From Planctomycetota bacterium (lineage in GTDB: Bacteria; Planctomycetota; Phycisphaerae; SM23-33), in NCBI GenBank assembly GCA_030635145.1, contig DAOVZK010000005.1:16694-80693 (forward strand): a stretch of 64,000 nucleotides of DNA, in the 5' to 3' direction. The translations under genes were made by a program, and so were the position numbers. Below, in pieces: positions 59,032 to 64,000 of this stretch; within the stretch, counting starts at the first letter, position 1; each line of letters begins with the position of its first letter. The notes beneath the pieces are model-generated. The model did not search any database. It was not told the DNA's origin and worked only from the letters and a program-made list of their open reading frames with translations.

Positions 59032-59182
59032 CCCCAGCAAGACATAGTGCCATTTTTTAATCTGTCAATCCGAGGGCGAGAGTTTAACGCAGATAGAATA
59101 ATTCTGAAAGGAAGAAGAATCGCAAAAAGCATCACAACCAATAGCGATTTACCTATCCTGGTTCCATGATGATTAATGTCCC

Positions 59183-59254
59183 TGACTCCTCGAGTAGGAC
59201 TCGAACTTACAACCTAGCGGTTAATCAGCCTGCGGCTGACTCGCTCTACCAATT
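59183..59254 (-). repeat. Degenerate duplicate of the 3' two-thirds of tRNA-Asn (att-like direct repeat of 60122-60197)
   Basis: 59183-59254 aligns base for base with 60122-60190 apart from about 6 substitutions and a 6-nt insertion, then diverges where the tRNA 5' acceptor strand would be. Confidence 0.6.
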
Positions 59255-59439
59255 TTTGCATCCAGCCACTGGCGTCCGGCACCGGATTTAAGCCATTTTT
59301 CACGGGTCATAGCTTCAGCTCGGGTTTGATACTCTTCTGAATGGGCCAATTCCCATGTACCCGAATATTTGCTGGTGAAACGGAGAGCTTCAGAGAGTTT
59401 TCGTTCCGCAAATGGGGATTCTGTGGCAGAGCGTGGAAA
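59221..59439 (-). pseudogene. C-terminal fragment of a GIY-YIG (UPF0213/YhbQ-like) nuclease; no start codon
   Basis: ...KYSGTWELAHSEEYQTRAEAMTREKWLKSGAGRQW matches the GIY-YIG C-terminal consensus (ELVYSEEFETRSEALKRE.QIK). The frame opens just after a stop, and its 3' end runs into the tRNA-Asn fragment. Confidence 0.4.
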
Positions 59440-59538
59440 TCACACCGCCAGAATAGAACGTCAGAGAGCCAGCGAGAAGGTGGGGGAATCGCCCTAAGTC
59501 TTTGATAACATTGGGACTTTAACTGGTCTCGATTGTAC

Positions 59539-60039
59539 TCATTCAGCGTTAAGTTGTTTCAGTCCATTCGAGACGGCGTCCAACAGTATACCAAGAACCA
59601 GTTCTCCCCCAAGGATCAGGCGATTGTTGTCCGAGTCTACATGAATTCCATGAGATAATTTGTTCCAATCAATCTGAACGGCATACCCTGTTTTATTGTC
59701 AAGTTCCAGTTGATCACCTTCGTGTACGAGTGGATTTCTTAGAAATTTGTAAAGGATTTGCTCAAATGGCAAAATTTCCCCCGTGTTGGGAACTTGAATA
59801 TTATGAACTTGAGATCTTCCTGGCCTCCGCATTTGTTTCTTCAAAAAATCTTCGAAACGAACTCCAACCTTTTTTTCATTTGGAAAGTGTTGTCTTGCAA
59901 GGGCATCAACGGCACACAGGAGCAGGAGCATGGCACTATATTTCCGTTGGAAATTCAGAAGGCCAACGGCATCCTGAAGCATCCACCCTACATCATTATG
60001 AGGTAGTTTTATCTCAGAGTCAGACATCGGTATCTCCAA
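59539..60039 (-). CDS. Hypothetical protein (166 aa, AT-rich) inside the tRNA-Asn-bounded remnant
   Basis: Intact ORF with visibly lower GC than its surroundings. No recognisable domain. Confidence 0.45.
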   Translation of the reverse strand: MEIPMSDSEIKLPHNDVGWMLQDAVGLLNFQRKYSAMLLLLCAVDALARQHFPNEKKVGVRFEDFLKKQMRRPGRSQVHNIQVPNTGEILPFEQILYKFLRNPLVHEGDQLELDNKTGYAVQIDWNKLSHGIHVDSDNNRLILGGELVLGILLDAVSNGLKQLNAE

Positions 60040-60121
60040 ATGACAAAAAGCCTGCCTGATTTTTCAGACAGGCTTTTCGCCGTTAACTTTAACAGGGCGT
60101 TTTTACGCACCTGATTGATTT

Positions 60122-60197
60122 TGGCTCCCCGAGTAGGACTCGAACCTACGACCTAGCGGTTAACAGCCGCTCGCTCTACCAATTGAGCTATCGGGGA
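60122..60197 (-). tRNA. tRNA-Asn (anticodon GUU), CCA encoded
   Basis: TCCCCGATAGCTCAATTGGTAGAGCG ... CTGTTAA anticodon loop ... GGTTCGAGTCC ... CTCGGGGAGCCA. Confidence 0.9.
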
Positions 60198-60556
60198 AAA
60201 CTCCACCAACTCTGAAATTGAGGGACAGTACAATTTAGTGATTCACGGGGAAATGTCAAGCGATTTGGGATACTTAAGGGATTTTTTTTCGGTTTACGGG
60301 CGGTAACACTGCTTGTTTTTAAAGTTGTCGGTTATCTGTATTCAGCGTGCAGAAAGACCTATGAGCACCAAACCCTAGAGCAATTAACGATTAAGATGTG
60401 GGATGCCGCCGCCGCAGCCAGCATGAACCCCGCAGGTCAAGCGTTAATTGCCCTAATATCCAGAAGAACCATCGGCAGGCGGAATTCATTGGGAATTGGG
60501 AATTGGTCATTTTCTATCCCGGCCGATGCCACTTACCACGGGATAAAATCCTGCCC

Positions 60557-61477
60557 TTACTTGCCTTTGGGTTTCTGAAGCACCTGCAGTTCCGGGGACT
60601 CCTGAATGACTAAGCTGTTCGGGGCGACGGATTCGAGGATGTACACGTTACCACCGATCGTCGAGCCTCTACCGATAACCGTTTCGCCGCCGAGAATCGT
60701 GGCGTTGGGGTAAATGGTGACGTTGTTCTCGATCGTCGGGTGCCGTTTGGTGCCCTTAATGACGCGGCCTTTGGCATCCTTCGGGAAACTCTTGGCCCCG
60801 AGCGTTACGCCCTGATAAATCTTCACGTTGTTCCCGATTTTCGTCGTCTCGCCGATGACAACACCGGTGGCGTGGTCGATGAAGAACCGCTCACCGATGT
60901 TCGCTCCCGGGTGAATGTCTGCACCGGTAATGCTGTGGGCGTGCTCGCTCATAATTCTCGGCATGAGCGGAACGTCCAACGCCAGCAATTCGTGCGCGAT
61001 GCGATAAATGGTAATCGCGTAGAAACCGGGATAGCAGTAGATGATCTCGTCGTGATTTTTGGCCGCTGGGTCGCCGTCTAAAAATGCATCCGCATCCATT
61101 GCAAGCGCGGCGCGGATGTCGGGGAGTTTCGCGAGAAACTTTCCGACGATGCGGTCGGCTTCGGGGTCGGAGCGGACACCTTTGTGGCAGTTGAGGCAGG
61201 GGCTTTTGGCGAGGCAGTTGAAAATCTGCTCGGCGAGCTCTCGACCTGTGCGGGCAAGGAGGTTACCGATATGATATTGCAGATTTTCCTCCGTCAGTTC
61301 CTTGTGTCCGAAGTATCCCGGAAACAGCAGCTGACGGATTTCTTCCACAACCGCAACGATCCTCTCGTGCGACGGTAGGCACGCCTCGTCAACACGCTGA
61401 ATGTGCTGATGCTTGCGATAACTTTTTTGCAGCTGTTTCGTAAGGTCGCTTAGTTGTTCTTCAAATTCTGCATTCAT
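60557..61477 (-). CDS. cysE: Serine O-acetyltransferase
   Basis: N-terminal SATase helical domain and C-terminal hexapeptide repeats (GADIHPGANIGERFFIDHATGVVIGE). Confidence 0.85.
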   Translation of the reverse strand: MNAEFEEQLSDLTKQLQKSYRKHQHIQRVDEACLPSHERIVAVVEEIRQLLFPGYFGHKELTEENLQYHIGNLLARTGRELAEQIFNCLAKSPCLNCHKGVRSDPEADRIVGKFLAKLPDIRAALAMDADAFLDGDPAAKNHDEIIYCYPGFYAITIYRIAHELLALDVPLMPRIMSEHAHSITGADIHPGANIGERFFIDHATGVVIGETTKIGNNVKIYQGVTLGAKSFPKDAKGRVIKGTKRHPTIENNVTIYPNATILGGETVIGRGSTIGGNVYILESVAPNSLVIQESPELQVLQKPKGK

Positions 61478-61546
61478 GATATTTCCCGCAAATTAACGGT
61501 TTGTGTTGGCGTTCAACGCAGCGTCAACAATTGCCAGTGAATGACG

Positions 61547-62047
61547 CTATTTGATCTCAGAAAATTTGTTACCGGGTACGTGGCAGATCGGGCATTTTTC
61601 CGGCGCGGCGCCTTCGACGGTGTTACCGCAGACGGGGCACACGAAAATCGGCGTAGCTGTCAGATCGCCTCCGCCTTTAACGGCGTCGAGTGCCTTGGAG
61701 TATAACCCGTGATGGATTTCTTCGACAGCCATCGCATTCTGGAACGATACTTCCGCCTGCTTATTGCCTTCTTGCTGTGCCTCTGCGATGAACTTCGGAT
61801 ACATTTCCTGGAACTCGGCGCCTTCACCGGCGACGGCGGCTTCGAGATTTTCGGTAGTGGTTTTGACTCCGCCCATCACGCGAAGGTGTGCATGTGCGTG
61901 AACGGTTTCGGCAGCTGCGGCGGCACGGAAAAGTTTCGCCACTTGCGTTAGTCCGTCGGTGTCGGCTTTCTTGGCGAAGGCGAGATATGTGCGATTGGCT
62001 TGGCTTTCACCGGCGAAGGCTTCCTGAAGATTTTCCATTGTGCTCAT
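61547..62047 (-). CDS. Rubrerythrin (ferritin-like di-iron domain plus a C-terminal rubredoxin-like CxxC ... CxxC)
   Basis: E ... ExxH di-iron ligands; CPVCG ... CPICH. Confidence 0.85.
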   Translation of the reverse strand: MSTMENLQEAFAGESQANRTYLAFAKKADTDGLTQVAKLFRAAAAAETVHAHAHLRVMGGVKTTTENLEAAVAGEGAEFQEMYPKFIAEAQQEGNKQAEVSFQNAMAVEEIHHGLYSKALDAVKGGGDLTATPIFVCPVCGNTVEGAAPEKCPICHVPGNKFSEIK

Positions 62048-62182
62048 TTGATGTCATCCTTTCGGGATTTGTAGTCTCATTTTGGGCGCGACACAACCTT
62101 CGCCCCGTCCGCCGCCAATCCTATGTCACCCCGCCGCTAATATCAATAGTCTATTTGGTTTGCTGGGGGCGGAAAAAAACGC

Positions 62183-63529
62183 CTACGCGAAGAAATGTCG
62201 CATGCTGCTGGCGATGGAAAAGAAAATCAGGATGCTGGAAATGTCCATGAGGCAGGATATAAACGGGCCTGACGTGACAGCTGGGTCGATGCCGATGCGT
62301 TTGAAGATAAACGGCAGCATCGATCCGAGAATGTTCGCCAACGTCACAGCTGCGATCATCGCGATGCCGACAGCCAGCGCGATTCCGGGTTCATGAGAAA
62401 ACACCATCGCGATACTACCCGCCAGCACCGCCAGCACCACGCCCATGACAACTCCGCGTGACGCTTCACGCGTAAGCACTCGCAGCCAGTCGCCTAAGCT
62501 GATTTCGTTTACGGCGAATCCGCGAATCATAAGCGTTGAGATTTGTGCCCCGGTATTACCGGCCGCGGCGTTAATCAGCGGCATAAACATCACGATCAGC
62601 ACGAGCAGTTCGGCAAACCCGTCCAGCAGCATCACCGCGAAAGTTTCCACGAGCAGCAGCAAAAGCAACCAGGGCAGACGCTTTGTCGCCATCCGCATGA
62701 ACCCGGTGGCGAAGTAGCTTTCGTCCATGACCACGAGTGCCGCCATCTTCTGCATGTCCTCGGTGGTTTCTTCTTCCTGAATGTCCATGATGTCGTCGAC
62801 GGTGACGATGCCCACCAGCGTACCTCTTTTGTCGACAACGGGCAGCACGAGGGCGTCGTACTTTTTGAATTCTTCGACGGCGACTTCCTGGTCGTCGGCG
62901 GCATCGAGGCTTGAGACCTGATTGTCCATGATGTCCGCGACGGTCTGGTCGGGTTCGGCGAGTACGATGTCTTCCAGCTGGATTTCGTCGAGCAGCTTCC
63001 AGTGGGCGTCGACAACATAGATGACGTTGAATGTTTCGCGCGTTTTGGCAAGCTTGCGAATCTGTTGCAGAACTTTTTCGATCGTCCAGTCTTCGCGGAC
63101 GGCGATATAGTTGGGCGTCATCAACCGCCCGATGCTGTCTTCGGGATATCCCAGCAGGGTCCGAGCGATTTTCAGCTGTTCACCACGCAGCTGGTTCATT
63201 AACTTCTGCACCATTTCGCCCGGAAGTTCTTCAAAGAGTTCCGTCCGGTCATCGGGGGGCATTTCGTTGATGATATCGGCAACTTTTTTACCGGACAGCC
63301 TCGTCAGCAAATCTTCCTGCTTGTCGAGTTCCAATTCGCCTAGAATTTCGGCGGCCCGTTCGGTGGGTAAAAGACGAAACGCGATGGGGAGCTCATTTTC
63401 CTCGTCGAGTTCAGCGAGAACCTCGGCGAGGTCATGGATTTCCATTTCGCCCAGTTCAGACTTGAGCTTGAAGAATTCACCACCTTCAATCAATGATTTG
63501 ATATCGAGTTGTGAGGTTTCTTCAATCAT
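62183..63529 (-). CDS. mgtE: Magnesium transporter MgtE
   Basis: MgtE_N domain, two CBS domains and a C-terminal 5-TM region (PLINAAAGNTGAQ). Confidence 0.85.
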   Translation of the reverse strand: MIEETSQLDIKSLIEGGEFFKLKSELGEMEIHDLAEVLAELDEENELPIAFRLLPTERAAEILGELELDKQEDLLTRLSGKKVADIINEMPPDDRTELFEELPGEMVQKLMNQLRGEQLKIARTLLGYPEDSIGRLMTPNYIAVREDWTIEKVLQQIRKLAKTRETFNVIYVVDAHWKLLDEIQLEDIVLAEPDQTVADIMDNQVSSLDAADDQEVAVEEFKKYDALVLPVVDKRGTLVGIVTVDDIMDIQEEETTEDMQKMAALVVMDESYFATGFMRMATKRLPWLLLLLLVETFAVMLLDGFAELLVLIVMFMPLINAAAGNTGAQISTLMIRGFAVNEISLGDWLRVLTREASRGVVMGVVLAVLAGSIAMVFSHEPGIALAVGIAMIAAVTLANILGSMLPFIFKRIGIDPAVTSGPFISCLMDISSILIFFSIASSMRHFFA

Positions 63530-63582
63530 GATATTACCGGGGGCTTTGTAGTAACTGATGTTCGTGTTTCAAAAATACTGGC

Positions 63583-64000
63583 TTACTGGAAAGAATTTTT
63601 CCACCATTCGACAAAAATTTCGATTCCGCGTTTGAACTTTACTTTCGGTTCGTACCCGAGGAGTCTTTTTGCTTTTTTGATATCGGCGTAGGTTTGCTGG
63701 ACATCTCCAGGTTGTTGCGGAAGGCGTTTGATGTTGGCGTTGCGTTTCGTGACCTGCTCGATGGTCTTTATCATTTCGTCGAGCGGGATCGGCGTTTCGC
63801 TTCCGAGGTTTATGATTTCGAATCCTTCGCAGCGTTCGATGGCGGCGACGGTTCCGTCGATTACATCAGAAATATAGGTGTAGTCGCGGGCGGAATCACC
63901 AGCACCGAAAACTTCGATAGGTTCGTGGCGCAGGATGTTCGCGGTGAACTTGTGTATCGCCAGGTCCGGGCGTTGCCGCGGGCCAAAAACCGTAAAGTAT
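63583..64000 (-). CDS. NAD-dependent epimerase/dehydratase (3' portion; continues beyond the window end)
   Basis: C-terminal ... LLGYEPKVKFKRGIEIFVEWW motif typical of GalE/RfbB-type SDR proteins. The frame stays open to position 64000. Confidence 0.6.
   Translation of the reverse strand, partial: YFTVFGPRQRPDLAIHKFTANILRHEPIEVFGAGDSARDYTYISDVIDGTVAAIERCEGFEIINLGSETPIPLDEMIKTIEQVTKRNANIKRLPQQPGDVQQTYADIKKAKRLLGYEPKVKFKRGIEIFVEWWKNSFQ

Overview
This 64 kb window comes from a high-GC bacterial chromosome (about 55-60% GC by eye), with several visibly AT-richer patches. A Planctomycetota origin is possible but unproven: a HExxH protein resembles the planctomycete-restricted DUF1570 family, the genome is rich in lipoproteins and large secreted or membrane proteins, and a BatA-like vWA protein and a ThuA-like protein are present. 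No tools were run; every call below rests on reading the sequence and the ORF track.

The first 13 kb is a bacterial-type Wood-Ljungdahl carbonyl-branch gene cluster on the plus strand. Its gene order is a NuoF-like flavoprotein (5' truncated), a NuoG-N-terminal-like 2Fe-2S/4Fe-4S protein, acsB, acsC, RACo, acsF/cooC, acsD and acsE. These are followed by a conserved hypothetical protein, a stand-alone Pta-N-terminal-like AAA/DRTGG protein and an FNT-family formate channel. No CODH catalytic subunit (acsA/cooS) lies inside the window, so it is expected upstream of the window start. A methenyl-THF cyclohydrolase-like gene (fchA-like) lies about 10 kb further downstream.

The remainder is mostly housekeeping: a YmdB-like phosphoesterase, an S41 peptidase, an RDD protein, an RNase Z-like MBL protein, a DJ-1/PfpI protein, an FHA protein, HemW, groES-groEL, YjbQ, LexA, Maf, a GGDEF protein and an RND efflux pair. 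It also carries a PPi-type PFK, an SIS-domain protein, CysE, rubrerythrin, MgtE and a 3'-partial epimerase. There are three tRNA genes (Ala-CGC, a CAU-anticodon Met/Ile2, and Asn-GUU) plus a duplicated tRNA-Asn 3' fragment.

The accessory content that deserves a second look is:
- a two-gene AT-rich islet (32.5-34.9 kb) encoding a membrane-anchored DEDDh exonuclease and a 480-aa lipoprotein, sitting next to lexA and sharing a 16-19 nt leader motif with it;
- a 0.9 kb tRNA-Asn-flanked remnant carrying a GIY-YIG fragment and one orphan gene;
- a low-GC sugar-isomerase/oxidoreductase/AraC cluster between two tRNA loci;
- an AT-rich patch encoding two paralogous TlpA-like thioredoxins;
- several families of intergenic palindromic or MITE-like repeats, including a shared 'ATCCTGT' motif cluster upstream of both the acs operon and the TlpA operon.

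No CRISPR array, intact transposase or integrase was seen.
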